Shown one piece after another: positions 36,365 to 46,424 of a stretch of DNA of 64,000 bases. The first letter of the stretch is position 1; each line of letters starts with the position of its first letter. The notes under the pieces were generated by a model that was not told where the DNA came from, did not search any database, and saw only the letters and a list, made by a program, of their open reading frames with translations. The position numbers and the translations under genes are program-made. Origin of the DNA: Microgenomates group bacterium (GTDB lineage: Bacteria > Patescibacteriota > Microgenomatia > UBA10105 > UBA927); assembly GCA_049287205.1 (NCBI GenBank), contig JBAQFJ010000001.1, positions 255,041-319,040 on the forward strand, in the 5' to 3' direction.

Positions 36365-37069
36365 TCAGGTTTTATTCCTTCGAACAAGCAAATTTTTCGC
36401 TTGTCGGACGGATAATTGTGCATAGAGAGCGAATGGTTTTTTATAATAATATGCCCATTCGCGATCGCCATATGAAAAGTGCCACCACTCGCCGTTAAAT
36501 GGTGCAAAACCATATGTACACATTGCTGTACGGAGGAGTAAGCGATTCTGCATCGCTTTATTGTTTACCTTGTCTGAGAACGTTGGGTATGTAGTACATG
36601 AATAGTCATATATAGTTGATCCAAACGAGACCCACTGTTTTGTTTGTCTATCCCGTAATAGCATATCGACAGCCCCTCCTGTCGGGTGACCGGCTACAGT
36701 CGGGACTGCAATTATTTTGTGCGTACGCTCATAGAGCTCGATGGGATCGGATATATATGTTTGACTGATAATATCACGTACTGTTTTTTGGAATGATCGT
36801 TTCTGAATATCAAGTAAACGGTATCCATAGGTGACATAGAGTTCGAATCGGTTGTTCGTTTTCTTTTGAATGTACGCATTTGCCTGTTGTAATTTTTCCG
36901 CCACAGTTTTTCGAACAAGTATTTTGGCGTCAAAGAATGGTTCCATGTCTTTGTTTGATTTCCAATAACCACACGCTATCTGCATTTTTGACAAATATAC
37001 AAGTGATTCACCGTTTTCTTGCACCTCAACTGGCAGGAGATCCCGATATTGTGCCGTTATTGTTTTCAT
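36365..37069 (-). CDS. D-alanyl-D-alanine dipeptidase, VanX/DdpX-like (M15D)
   Basis: 'AGHPTGGAVDML' (SxHxxGxAxD Zn site) and 'EWWHFSYGDREWA' (EWWH). Confidence 0.65.
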   Translation of the reverse strand: MKTITAQYRDLLPVEVQENGESLVYLSKMQIACGYWKSNKDMEPFFDAKILVRKTVAEKLQQANAYIQKKTNNRFELYVTYGYRLLDIQKRSFQKTVRDIISQTYISDPIELYERTHKIIAVPTVAGHPTGGAVDMLLRDRQTKQWVSFGSTIYDYSCTTYPTFSDKVNNKAMQNRLLLRTAMCTYGFAPFNGEWWHFSYGDREWAYYYKKPFALYAQLSVRQAKNLLVRRNKT

Positions 37070-38421
37070 ACTGATTCCTTTCTGTTGCTTAAAAATATTC
37101 TGGTATCGGACTTCGTGCTTCCATCCTGCCGTTTTCCGATAATGGTCTGCGTGAGATTTGGAACAACTGTAAATCCGAGCGATTCATAAATCGTACGGGA
37201 TAATGGATTGTTTTCATTTGTCCGCATGACTACGGTACCGTTTTTCACTTTTTCTAAACGGGCTTTGATCAAGGCTGTTCCGATACCCTTGTTACGAAAT
37301 AGGCGATCGACTCCCAAATCCGCTGCATACCATGTGTTCGGAAGATCAAACCCACGCTGAGCAAACTGAGACAACATATCTTCCGGTAGCGCATTTTGTA
37401 TCGGAAGCATTGCTCCAAATCCAACAACGGTGTCTTTTGACTTTGCGAGATACACCATCCCTTCTTTCAGATATTCCGTAAAGGTGGATCGCACATCAGC
37501 GTCGGAAAACTGTTCAAGATAGGGAGGAGCGGCAAATGTCTGTTGATACAGTTTGATAAGACCAGTTTTGAATGCTGACTGCAGTGTAGCATCCGTTGTT
37601 ACCGCTTCAACAGAAAATATTTCTCCTTTTTGTTCAATGATTCCTTGTCCAAGCCTCTCTATGGTGCCACTGATTTGCGCGTATCGAAATAACATTCCGT
37701 CAAATATAACCAAACCATTGATGGTTGCACCGGATGGTTGGAGGACGGAAAGTTCAGTAGATTGTTGGTCCTTAAACGCAAGGGCTTGTGTGAGAGCGAT
37801 TGTGCCGCTTCCACACGCAGTTTCATAAAATAACGTATCAATGCTTCTTACCCAGACAACTGGTTTGATTGACCAACCATCTGCTGTTTGTTCGGCAAAC
37901 ATAACGCCAACTGCGGGATTATTCAATAATCCTTTTGCTTCCATTTCCTGTTTTGCAATAAGTTTTATTTCTTCTTGCGATTTACCGGCAATTTTTTTCG
38001 TATCAAAATCTATGTACTGGACGATGCCTTGTAGTGGAACGATATAATTATCTCCATCTTTCTTGATTTGTTCAGGTTCCATCATAATGGGCATCTGCGC
38101 AAACGCTTCACCTTTTTCTGTCACACCAGCCTTCAATGGCATATTGACGCCAGATACTGTCATAAGGAGTTCTCCTGGCTCTCCATTTAATGCGAGATAC
38201 GCAGCACTTCGTGTGGCATTTCCACAAAATTCACCACCTGCCATGGTTAGTCGAGGTACAGGTTGTGTTAATGAAACAAAACCGACTTGTTCAATGTTTG
38301 GGTATGCTGCCATGATCTCATCGTTAAATATTTTTCTATCCTGATCAGACAGATTCATGCCTGTCTCAATAAGACAGGTATCATTTCCTCCTGGGCGCAT
38401 CATACGAAATTGATATGTCAT
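37066..38421 (-). CDS. fusion protein: diaminopimelate-epimerase-like (DapF fold) N-domain plus GNAT N-acetyltransferase C-domain
   Basis: 'RPGGNDTCLIE' (GNGNDF-type), 'EFCGNATRSAA' and 'ETACGSGTIA' (two catalytic Cys of DapF); C-terminal GNAT 'VVGFGAM...DLGVDRLFRNKGIGTALI'; ATG at 38421 with AAAGGAG RBS. Confidence 0.6.
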   Translation of the reverse strand: MTYQFRMMRPGGNDTCLIETGMNLSDQDRKIFNDEIMAAYPNIEQVGFVSLTQPVPRLTMAGGEFCGNATRSAAYLALNGEPGELLMTVSGVNMPLKAGVTEKGEAFAQMPIMMEPEQIKKDGDNYIVPLQGIVQYIDFDTKKIAGKSQEEIKLIAKQEMEAKGLLNNPAVGVMFAEQTADGWSIKPVVWVRSIDTLFYETACGSGTIALTQALAFKDQQSTELSVLQPSGATINGLVIFDGMLFRYAQISGTIERLGQGIIEQKGEIFSVEAVTTDATLQSAFKTGLIKLYQQTFAAPPYLEQFSDADVRSTFTEYLKEGMVYLAKSKDTVVGFGAMLPIQNALPEDMLSQFAQRGFDLPNTWYAADLGVDRLFRNKGIGTALIKARLEKVKNGTVVMRTNENNPLSRTIYESLGFTVVPNLTQTIIGKRQDGSTKSDTRIFLSNRKESV

Positions 38422-38708
38422 AGATAGCTCCTTTCTTAGTTCATTTTTATTTGGTATTTCTAAATTCATGGGTTCTCCTTTTTTAAAAAATAAATACAAA
38501 AAACACCCCTGCGGGTGGAAGTAATGAGAAAAAATTATGAATTAGATCAGATTCTCAACACATCTTCCCGCACGAAATTAGTGGGTATGATGGGAAAGGG
38601 AAGCGCATGAAGAAACCGCCGTCTGCACGGATTGAAGAGATTTCTTAGATGGAACAACAGGTGTTGTTTTCATACGTGTTAGTATGTTAACACGTTAATA
38701 TATTGGAG

Positions 38709-39011
38709 TCAAGGGGTTATTTTTTTGTTTAGTGCATGTCTATAACCGCCGCGTCCTTCATGTAGCCAGTGAGCGACGCGGGATACGGTGGTTGTGGAGA
38801 CATTCAGTTTTTTGGCTATTTCGAGGTAGGGAACACCTTTTTCTACCATGATGACAATCTGCCAGCGGTTTGCAAATTCCTTCAGTTCGGCAATCGTGAG
38901 AAGATCCCGAAAAAAATTTGCTGCTTCCGTTTTTGTTTTTACGGTCAGGATTGCATCAAATAATTCGTTCATTTCTTTAGTAGGATACGAAGAGTCAGAA
39001 TTGGTTTTCAT
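38709..39011 (-). CDS. TrpR/YerC-family small DNA-binding protein
   Basis: 'ELKEFANRWQIVIMVEKGVPYLEIAKKLNVSTTTVSRVAHWL' HTH typical of Trp-repressor/YerC-like proteins. Confidence 0.55.
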   Translation of the reverse strand: MKTNSDSSYPTKEMNELFDAILTVKTKTEAANFFRDLLTIAELKEFANRWQIVIMVEKGVPYLEIAKKLNVSTTTVSRVAHWLHEGRGGYRHALNKKITP

Positions 39012-39035
39012 AGTACCTTTATGGTACCACAACTA

Positions 39036-39797
39036 TCATGGAGTAGGGGTAACTTTACTTGTGGCTTTCGGAGTCGCTGATTGCGTAGCAGCGTTTGATG
39101 TGGTTGTTGCACCCCTCACTTGGGACGGAATATCGGTAATTCTGGTTGCGCTGATTCTGTTTTCTTTTTTGGCAACTGCAGTGCCTGTGACAAATATGAT
39201 ATCTCCTGCACCAAATGATGAGAATCCGCCTTTTTCCAGTGTTGTTCCGTTCCAAAGATTTGTTTTTGTCGTGGTTTCAAAATCAACGGTATAGGTTTTA
39301 TTGTCAGCTGTTTCTATGGTGATGGTGTAGTCTTCTTTGTCGGTTGTTGTTACTTTTCCTGCAATCTGTAACGGTTGTGCAGATTGAATGAATACCATTT
39401 TTGCCTGTAAGAGTTCCAGTGTTGTGTCATATTCGCCGAACACAGTGACGATGTCTCCCTTTTCCAGATTGTCCGTTTTTAATTCTGTCCGTTTTCCTTT
39501 GAGCATTTGAAATATTTTGAGGTCATCGGTCAATTCGATTTTTAAATCTTTTGTTTTTGTTTCCACAACGAATGTGGAGATGCTGACGGATTTGATTGTG
39601 CCGTAGGCTGCCATGCGTTTGGATTGCCGAAGTTCCGCAACTTTTGTGGCGAGTCTGTCTTTCAGGTCTTCAATCTGCTGTGATTTTTCATCAGAGGGAG
39701 TTGCCGCGGCGGTTGCGGATTGGGCATGCGCCGGCACGGCGACGCTACAAAAATATATGGTGATAAGTAGTGCAAATAAGCGTTTCATAGTTACCAT
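39036..39797 (-). CDS. secreted hypothetical protein with two beta-rich repeat domains
   Basis: Signal peptide 'MKRLFALLITIYFCSVAVPAHA'; coiled-coil; two 'GxIxSV...GDI(V/I)xV' domains related to the 3668..4156 protein. Confidence 0.4.
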   Translation of the reverse strand: MVTMKRLFALLITIYFCSVAVPAHAQSATAAATPSDEKSQQIEDLKDRLATKVAELRQSKRMAAYGTIKSVSISTFVVETKTKDLKIELTDDLKIFQMLKGKRTELKTDNLEKGDIVTVFGEYDTTLELLQAKMVFIQSAQPLQIAGKVTTTDKEDYTITIETADNKTYTVDFETTTKTNLWNGTTLEKGGFSSFGAGDIIFVTGTAVAKKENRISATRITDIPSQVRGATTTSNAATQSATPKATSKVTPTP

Positions 39798-40261
39798 ACT
39801 TCCGGTGTATAGAATACGGTTATATTTTTTGTTGCCTGTTCTTTTTGTTCATTAAAACTCGTTACCGTTATGTCATTTTTCCCTTCAACGAGTGTGATTT
39901 TCCCTGCATATTTGCCGTCGCCATTCACAGCAGTGACACTTTCATCGATAAGCCCTTGGATGATAACGGTAGACTGTTTGGATGTTACTCCGGAAATGAG
40001 TACCGCTTCTTTGTCTTCGATTGACCCATCGAGCGGGCTGTCGATGGTTATTGCATGTGTTGCCGGCTTCTCAGCTGTATTTGCGGGTGTTGGTGTTGCT
40101 TTTTTAGGGAAAGAGAACGAAGGAAGTGTGATTTTTGAAATTGTTGGCCACTTAATTGCGGGTAATGATTTTGCAATATTCGGGCCAACGAGAATGATTC
40201 CGGTGAGGAGAAGTCCGATGCCGAGTCCGATTAATGTTGCAAATAGCGCGTCCTTATTCAT
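39791..40261 (-). CDS. membrane-anchored hypothetical protein (Ig-like C-terminal domain)
   Basis: N-terminal TM, Pro/Thr linker, beta-rich C-terminus; no catalytic motifs. Confidence 0.35.
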   Translation of the reverse strand: MNKDALFATLIGLGIGLLLTGIILVGPNIAKSLPAIKWPTISKITLPSFSFPKKATPTPANTAEKPATHAITIDSPLDGSIEDKEAVLISGVTSKQSTVIIQGLIDESVTAVNGDGKYAGKITLVEGKNDITVTSFNEQKEQATKNITVFYTPEVW

Positions 40262-40315
40262 AAATTATTTTGGTGTTGCTAAGCATACACGAGACGTGGT
40301 ATAAAATGCAAGCAT

Positions 40316-40945
40316 ATGGATATCTTATCACTTGGTCATTCATCATTTAAATTAAAAGGAAAATCAGTGACGGTTGTGACTGATCCATTTGATTCCACGT
40401 TTACAGGACTTAAATTTCCAAAACATACCGCATGTGACATTGTCACGGTCTCCCATGAACATAAAGATCACAATGAAGTGGCCCAGTTGGATGGCATGCC
40501 ATTTGAGGTGAACGGTGCAGGTGAATACGATATTAAAGGCGTGGATATTATCGGGTTTGCGACAGAGCATGGCGGAGACCAACCGGAAAAAAATACCATA
40601 TACCGCATTGAAATGGAAGACTTAAATATTGTGCATCTCGGAGACTTGGGAAGACTGTTAACCGCATCTGAAATTGATCTGTTAGACGGCGTTGATATTT
40701 TATTTGTTCCAGTGGGAGGAACATATACTATTGATGCAGTTCAGGCAAAAAAGATTATTTCGGAAATTGAACCAAAAGTTGTTATCCCGATGCATTACTC
40801 CCGACCAGGGCTTGTAATCAAAGATCTTGCACCAGTTTCCGTATTTTTGAAAGAAATGGAAAAAGAACAGGTAGTTGCCCAACCAAAATTTTCTATCTCC
40901 AAGGGCAAATTACCGGAGGAGATGCAAGTGATTGTTCTTGAGTAA
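40316..40945 (+). CDS. MBL-fold metal-dependent hydrolase (UPF0173-like)
   Basis: 'DIVTVSHEHKDHNEV' His/Asp cluster, 209 aa. Confidence 0.6.
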   Translation: MDILSLGHSSFKLKGKSVTVVTDPFDSTFTGLKFPKHTACDIVTVSHEHKDHNEVAQLDGMPFEVNGAGEYDIKGVDIIGFATEHGGDQPEKNTIYRIEMEDLNIVHLGDLGRLLTASEIDLLDGVDILFVPVGGTYTIDAVQAKKIISEIEPKVVIPMHYSRPGLVIKDLAPVSVFLKEMEKEQVVAQPKFSISKGKLPEEMQVIVLE

Positions 40946-42296
40946 TATGCCAACAAATCCAAAAGTTCCTCCGCATGATGACAGTGCCGAGCAATCGGTG
41001 TTGGGCGCCATTCTTCTTGATAAAGACGCGATGATTGATGTTGTTGAATTTTTGCGTCCCGATCATTTTTATAAAGAATCCTTAGGCGCGACATTTGCCG
41101 CAATGACTATTCTTTATGAACGGCATGATCCGATTGATGTGGTGACTGTTGTCAATGAACTGAAGAAACAAGGGACACTAACGATGGTTGGCGGTGCATC
41201 CGTGATCAATGAATTGGTAAACGTCGTGCCAACAAGTGCAAACGCGGAACAATACGGACGGATTATCAAAGAGTATTACACAAAACGACAGCTTATTTCT
41301 GCAGCGGCCGACATTAATGAGCTTGCATTCCGTGAAGACGGGGAAGTGCAATCCATTTTAGACAGTGCGGAGCAACATATCTTTGCAATTTCCCAGCACG
41401 CGATGAAACGGGATTTTATTCCAATTAAAGATGCACTTGCCGCATCATTTGATCGTTTGGATGAGCTACATAAGCGCGCCGGAGGGCTTCGGGGAGTGGC
41501 AACAGGATTTCATGATATTGATATGAAACTTGCTGGTATGCAGGATTCCAACTTGATCATTCTTGCAGCCCGTCCCGGAACGGGAAAAACAGCCATGATT
41601 CTCAATATCGCGCAGTACGTTGCAGTACACAGTAAAGAACCGGTTGGCATATTTTCTCTTGAAATGAGTAAAGAAGAATTGGTGGATCGTCTGCTTGTGG
41701 CACAAGCAGACATTGATGCATGGAAACTGAAAACGGGAAAATTATCTGATGATGATTTTACGAAATTGTCTGACGCTATGGGACAGCTTGCAGAGGCTCC
41801 AATATATATTGATGATACACCGGGACTCTCAATTTTAGAAATGCGTACGAAAGCAAGACGATTGCAAATGGAATTTGGTGTGAAACTCATAATCATCGAT
41901 TATTTGCAGCTTGCAGATCCCGGTCGTCGTGTAGACAGCCGTGTGCAGGAAGTGTCTATGATTTCGCAAAGCTTTAAAAATTTAGCGCGTGAACTCAACG
42001 TGCCGGTGCTCGCGTGTTCGCAGTTATCCCGTGCGGTTGAGGCAAGAGGAACAAGAGTGCCGGAACTGTCCGATCTTCGTGAGTCAGGATCCATTGAACA
42101 GGATGCGGACGTTGTCATGTTTTTATACCGTGAGGAGGCGGACATGACGCAGTGGGGAGACCAGATTCCCACCAAACTTCGTATCGCAAAACACAGAAAC
42201 GGACCACTTGGAGAAATTGACTTAGTCTTCCGCGGCGATCGTATCCGATTCTTCGGGGTGGAGCATAAACAGGGAGAGAGTGCTCCACAGGGATAA
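40932..42296 (+). CDS. dnaB: replicative DNA helicase
   Basis: N-terminal 'PPHDDSAEQSVLGAILLD', Walker A 'AARPGTGKTAMILNIA', arginine finger region; 454 aa, no intein. Confidence 0.9.
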   Translation: MFLSNMPTNPKVPPHDDSAEQSVLGAILLDKDAMIDVVEFLRPDHFYKESLGATFAAMTILYERHDPIDVVTVVNELKKQGTLTMVGGASVINELVNVVPTSANAEQYGRIIKEYYTKRQLISAAADINELAFREDGEVQSILDSAEQHIFAISQHAMKRDFIPIKDALAASFDRLDELHKRAGGLRGVATGFHDIDMKLAGMQDSNLIILAARPGTGKTAMILNIAQYVAVHSKEPVGIFSLEMSKEELVDRLLVAQADIDAWKLKTGKLSDDDFTKLSDAMGQLAEAPIYIDDTPGLSILEMRTKARRLQMEFGVKLIIIDYLQLADPGRRVDSRVQEVSMISQSFKNLARELNVPVLACSQLSRAVEARGTRVPELSDLRESGSIEQDADVVMFLYREEADMTQWGDQIPTKLRIAKHRNGPLGEIDLVFRGDRIRFFGVEHKQGESAPQG

Positions 42297-42325
42297 TTGT
42301 TCTTTCGTAAAAATGTCCTTTTCGT

Positions 42326-42333
42326 TGTATAAT
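42326..42333 (+). promoter_or_regulatory. TG-extended -10 (tTGTATAAT) upstream of tRNA-Leu
   Basis: About 19 nt upstream of the mature tRNA 5' end. Confidence 0.4.
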
Positions 42334-42351
42334 CTTAAACATGCACACCTA

Positions 42352-42436
42352 GCTGAGGTGGCGGAATGGTATACGCGCAAGTCTCAAAAACTTGTGGAGA
42401 TAATACTCCGTGAGGGTTCGAGTCCCTCTCTCAGCA
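42352..42436 (+). tRNA. tRNA-Leu (anticodon CAA), type II with long variable arm
   Basis: Hand-folded: acceptor gctgagg/tctcagc (one G-U), D-arm gcgg..cgc, anticodon stem caagt/acttg with loop cuCAAaa, variable hairpin ggag-ataata-ctcc, T-arm gaggg-ttcgagt-ccctc, discriminator A; CCA not encoded. Confidence 0.85.
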
Positions 42437-42464
42437 CAGTAGTTCGTCTTCGGTACACTTCTAG

Positions 42465-42473
42465 TGGTATAAT
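42465..42473 (+). promoter_or_regulatory. TG-extended -10 (gTGGTATAAT) upstream of pepA
   Basis: TATAAT 42468-42473; ATG about 20 nt downstream with no SD (short or absent leader). Confidence 0.35.
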
Positions 42474-42493
42474 ACGCTCCAAATCAAGATTCT

Positions 42494-44017
42494 ATGAAAT
42501 TATACGCATCAACGAAATCATGGTCTTCACTCTCCGCAGATACACTGCTTATCTTTGTGGGATCTGATACCAACATGGCGCCCGTCTATTTCGCAGATAG
42601 TGCGCTTGTTGATGAACGTCTCAAAGGAACGATAAAAAAATTATTAAAAACCGAAGGTTTTGAGTCATCTGTCGGCGCAACGTTCGTCATACAAACACAC
42701 GGCATGCTTCCATATATACGGGTGATTGTTACAGGTATCGGTCAGGTGCAGGAATTGACGGCATTTGATTTTGAGAGCGCGGTTGCGGCAGCTGTCCTAC
42801 GGGCAAAAAAAAGCCAGTCAACATCATTGGTACTTTCATTGCCTCAGGAAATCACAGAACGGTTTGGGGCATTTTTAACCGCAAGGCTTGTTACTGAATC
42901 CATCGGTTTTGGTATGTATTCCTTTTTGCCATATAAAAATAAAAAGACGCGAGATAAGGAAATCGATATAAAAACAGTGACCGTGATAGCACCTGCAAGT
43001 CATATGCAGGAAACGATGAAAGGGATTGTTGACGGGTCAACACGTGCATCAGGAACCATATTCGCCCGTGATCTTGTGAACGAACCATCTTCTGTGATGA
43101 CGCCATCGGCATTGGCAAGAGCTGCAAAGTCGCTTGCAAAACAAAAAACAATTACGTGTGCAGTATTCGGGCAAAAAGAAATTACAAAATTTGGAATGGG
43201 TGCATTCCTCGGGGTGACAAAAGGCTCGGATGAGGAACCGAAGTTTATCAAATTGGTATACAAAGCACCGAAAGCAAAACACACTATTTGTTTGGTCGGA
43301 AAAGGAATTACCTATGATTCCGGCGGATTATCTTTAAAACCGTCCTCAGGTATGGAAACAATGAAATGCGATATGGCGGGAGCCGCCACAATTTTAGGTG
43401 TGTTTGAGACACTTGCGACACAAAAACCAAACATCTCTGTTGTTGGCCTTATCGCCACATGTGAGAATATGCCAAGCGGGCATGCGATAAAGCCGGGGGA
43501 TGTGGTTCGCGCTATGAATGGAAAAACAATTGAAGTAGTAAACACCGACGCGGAAGGCAGACTCATTTTGGCTGACGCATTATCGTATGCGGAAAAATTT
43601 GTGAAATCTGACTATACGATTGATGTTGCAACTCTTACGGGCGCGTGTATGGTGGCGCTGGGTGAAGATGTTGCGGGAGTGTTTGCAAATGATGACGGAT
43701 TGGCACAAAGCATTTTGGATGCATCCCAGATTTCCGGAGAAAAATTTTGGCGACTTCCACTCGAAAAAGCATATGAAGCGGATTTAAAAAGTTCCATTGC
43801 CGATATTCAAAATATTTCAAAAGTCCGGTATGGCGGGGCAATCAACGGCGCATTATTCCTCAAGGAATTTGTCAATGAAAAAACAAAATGGGCGCATTTA
43901 GATATTGCTGGCCCCGCATTTTCCGAAAAAGAAACTTCACTTTCTCGGTTTGGTGGCACGGGATTTGGCGTCAGGACACTGCTTTCATTCATCGAAGCAC
44001 AAGCAGGAAAAAAGTAA
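42494..44017 (+). CDS. pepA: leucyl aminopeptidase (M17)
   Basis: 'NTDAEGRLILADALSYA' M17 signature; Lys/Asp metal ligands 'VGKGITYDSGG'. Confidence 0.85.
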   Translation: MKLYASTKSWSSLSADTLLIFVGSDTNMAPVYFADSALVDERLKGTIKKLLKTEGFESSVGATFVIQTHGMLPYIRVIVTGIGQVQELTAFDFESAVAAAVLRAKKSQSTSLVLSLPQEITERFGAFLTARLVTESIGFGMYSFLPYKNKKTRDKEIDIKTVTVIAPASHMQETMKGIVDGSTRASGTIFARDLVNEPSSVMTPSALARAAKSLAKQKTITCAVFGQKEITKFGMGAFLGVTKGSDEEPKFIKLVYKAPKAKHTICLVGKGITYDSGGLSLKPSSGMETMKCDMAGAATILGVFETLATQKPNISVVGLIATCENMPSGHAIKPGDVVRAMNGKTIEVVNTDAEGRLILADALSYAEKFVKSDYTIDVATLTGACMVALGEDVAGVFANDDGLAQSILDASQISGEKFWRLPLEKAYEADLKSSIADIQNISKVRYGGAINGALFLKEFVNEKTKWAHLDIAGPAFSEKETSLSRFGGTGFGVRTLLSFIEAQAGKK

Positions 44018-44471
44018 CAGTAATGATTTGTGAGATGAGTCCCCAAGGAAATGTCGCTTTTGTGTGTGCTTTATTTGTGAGCGTATATACGCCATAACAT
44101 AGTTTTTCCAGATACGTTGCGTTTGTTTTTGGCCCTTTGTGATTTGGATCAGCAAAAAAGATGTACCATGGCGCTTCCAGCCAGTCGGGAAGAATGGAAA
44201 GCAGGAGGGTTGCGGCAAGAAGCAGCGGGGGAACCGCGTTTGCATAGAGCGTCCACGCAAGACCAAGACCAAACAGCGTATCGGCGATTGCAAACAATCC
44301 TGTTGCTGTTTTTGTTCGTTTCCGCCAATTTGTGCCGAAATCCCAGTGGGGTATGCTGTCTAAAATAAAATGTGAGGAGAATGCAAGTGTGAGTGCAAGA
44401 GCGGGGTTGCCGATTTTTGCAGCAATTGCTCCAGCTACGAGTGTATGCGCGGTAGCCATCATAGGGTACAT
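43989..44471 (-). CDS. hypothetical membrane protein (possible YdjM/DUF457-like metal-dependent hydrolase)
   Basis: 'HFILDSIPHWDFG' motif, 4-5 TM. Confidence 0.35.
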   Translation of the reverse strand: MYPMMATAHTLVAGAIAAKIGNPALALTLAFSSHFILDSIPHWDFGTNWRKRTKTATGLFAIADTLFGLGLAWTLYANAVPPLLLAATLLLSILPDWLEAPWYIFFADPNHKGPKTNATYLEKLCYGVYTLTNKAHTKATFPWGLISQIITVTFFLLVLR

Positions 44472-44534
44472 AGTATTGTATGTCAAACTTCCCACTGGAA
44501 GCAACTGTGTTTTGTAGGGTATACTGATTGTTGT

Positions 44535-45380
44535 ATGTTTCCAATATTGTTTTCCATTGGGTCATTTCATGTTTTTAGTTTTAGTATCTTCTTGATTCTC
44601 GCGTGGTTTATCTGGTCGTTTTTGTTTTGGCGACATCTTCGGGCACTTGCTGTTGCCGAAGAACCGATTTTTGACGCAATGTTTGTGACCACCATTATTT
44701 CTTTGATCATATCCCGTTTGTCCTTTGTGGGCACGCATGTCGCTCTTTTTAGAGAAAATTGGCTCCGTGTTGTCGCTCTGTGGGTGCAGCCCGGATTATC
44801 ACTGTATGGCGCACTGATCGGATGTGTGCTTATATTGATCTTTTTTGCGATGAAATACAAAATTCGAATTGCGCATATCCTTGATGCATTTTCCGTGTCG
44901 TTTATGTGGGCGTTTGCAATTGGACTCATCGGGTCTTTTCTTGACGGATCAGTGGTCGGGAAAGAAGCAGCGCTTGGTTGGGCTGTACCGTACGCAGGGC
45001 ATATGGGTTTTCGGCATCCGGTGCAGGTGTATCAGTGTATCGCAATGGTTTTTATCATTCTTATTATTTCGTTGATTCGCCGTTCAGCAAAAAAACATGC
45101 GTGGGCAGACGGGATAATTGCGATGTGGTTTTTTATGTTGTTTTCGGGAAGTGCCTTTGGAGTTGAATTCTTTATGGAACATACAGTATACTGGGGTAAC
45201 TTAAGCGCTAACCAATGGATATTGGTCGGAATTTTCGGGCAATCCTTGGGCGCTTTTTATGTTCGGGGGGGCGGGAAAGAACGGGTACAGATTTGGGCCA
45301 GAGCAGTTCAGCGTATAAGTAAAAAAGTAATTGGAGGAATCTATGCAAAATTTTCCAAGCGACATATTGAAAGCAATTAA
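44535..45380 (+). CDS. lgt: prolipoprotein diacylglyceryl transferase
   Basis: 'GWAVPYAGHMGFRHPVQVYQ' corresponds to the Lgt signature (...W...rHPtQlYE); polytopic; start set at MFPILFS. Confidence 0.7.
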   Translation: MFPILFSIGSFHVFSFSIFLILAWFIWSFLFWRHLRALAVAEEPIFDAMFVTTIISLIISRLSFVGTHVALFRENWLRVVALWVQPGLSLYGALIGCVLILIFFAMKYKIRIAHILDAFSVSFMWAFAIGLIGSFLDGSVVGKEAALGWAVPYAGHMGFRHPVQVYQCIAMVFIILIISLIRRSAKKHAWADGIIAMWFFMLFSGSAFGVEFFMEHTVYWGNLSANQWILVGIFGQSLGAFYVRGGGKERVQIWARAVQRISKKVIGGIYAKFSKRHIESN

Positions 45381-45705
45381 AGAGCATTTTGAAACGGAAA
45401 AACAAACACTTACGGAACGGGTGAGTGAGCTTGTAAAACAAGATCCATTTTCAAATCCTGAACGCACCAATGACAATGCTGCGTCAGACATGGAAGCAAG
45501 TGAAGAATCAGATCATGACAGAGTTGCAGCGATGGTCGATGAATTAAAAGCAAAACTCCGAGGTATTGAGGATGCCTTAGTGCGTATTGAACAAGGCACA
45601 TATGGCTCATGCATTGAATGCGGCACCATGATTGATACTGACAGATTAAGCATTCTTCCTATGGCAACATTGTGTCTTTCCTGTGAACAGAAAAAGAAAA
45701 AGTAA
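45343..45705 (+). CDS. DksA/TraR-family C4 zinc-finger protein
   Basis: Coiled-coil then 'CIECGTMI...CLSC'; RBS GGAGG 5 nt upstream of ATG 45343. Confidence 0.65.
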   Translation: MQNFPSDILKAIKEHFETEKQTLTERVSELVKQDPFSNPERTNDNAASDMEASEESDHDRVAAMVDELKAKLRGIEDALVRIEQGTYGSCIECGTMIDTDRLSILPMATLCLSCEQKKKK

Positions 45706-45710
45706 TTGTT

Positions 45711-46424
45711 ATGGATGTCTCCATTATCTATGAAGATGCGGCATTTCTTGCGATAAATAAACCGGTGGGTGTAGTTGTGAACCGTGCGGAATCAGTAAAA
45801 GGTGAAACCATTCAGGATTGGATGGAACAACAGTATCCCATATTTCGTCATGTGACTGATGAATCAGTCGAACAGGCAGCGTTTGTTGATAGGTCAGGAG
45901 TTGTTCACCGAATTGATAAAGAAACAACAGGTATCCTTCTTATTGCAAAAACACTCTCGAGTTTTATAGAACTCCAACGGCAATTTAAAGAACGTGTGAT
46001 TCAAAAAACATACCTTGCAATAATTCACGGGGAACTTCTTCCTGCAGAAGGCGAAGTACGTGCACCAGTCGGCAGACTTCCATGGAATCGGGAACGATTT
46101 GGTATTGTGCCGGGTGGCAAGGAATCGGTGACAAAATATTCAGCCATTAAAACGATTGAAAAAGACGGGGAAAAATTAACGCTTGTATCTGTACACCCCG
46201 AAACCGGCAGGACACATCAGATTAGAGTGCACATGAAATATATTAATCATCCGCTTTTGGGAGATTATTTGTATGCGGGAAGAAAAACAAGTAGAGATGA
46301 TCGGGAGTGGGCGAATCGTGTGATGCTTCACGCATGGAAGATAACACTTCAGCACCCGACAACCACAGAAACGCTTGCAATAGAGGCTCCGATACCAGAT
46401 GATATGAATAGGATCATTTCATGA
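45711..46424 (+). CDS. RluA-family pseudouridine synthase
   Basis: 'HRIDKETTGILLIAKT' catalytic Asp motif. Confidence 0.8.
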   Translation: MDVSIIYEDAAFLAINKPVGVVVNRAESVKGETIQDWMEQQYPIFRHVTDESVEQAAFVDRSGVVHRIDKETTGILLIAKTLSSFIELQRQFKERVIQKTYLAIIHGELLPAEGEVRAPVGRLPWNRERFGIVPGGKESVTKYSAIKTIEKDGEKLTLVSVHPETGRTHQIRVHMKYINHPLLGDYLYAGRKTSRDDREWANRVMLHAWKITLQHPTTTETLAIEAPIPDDMNRIIS

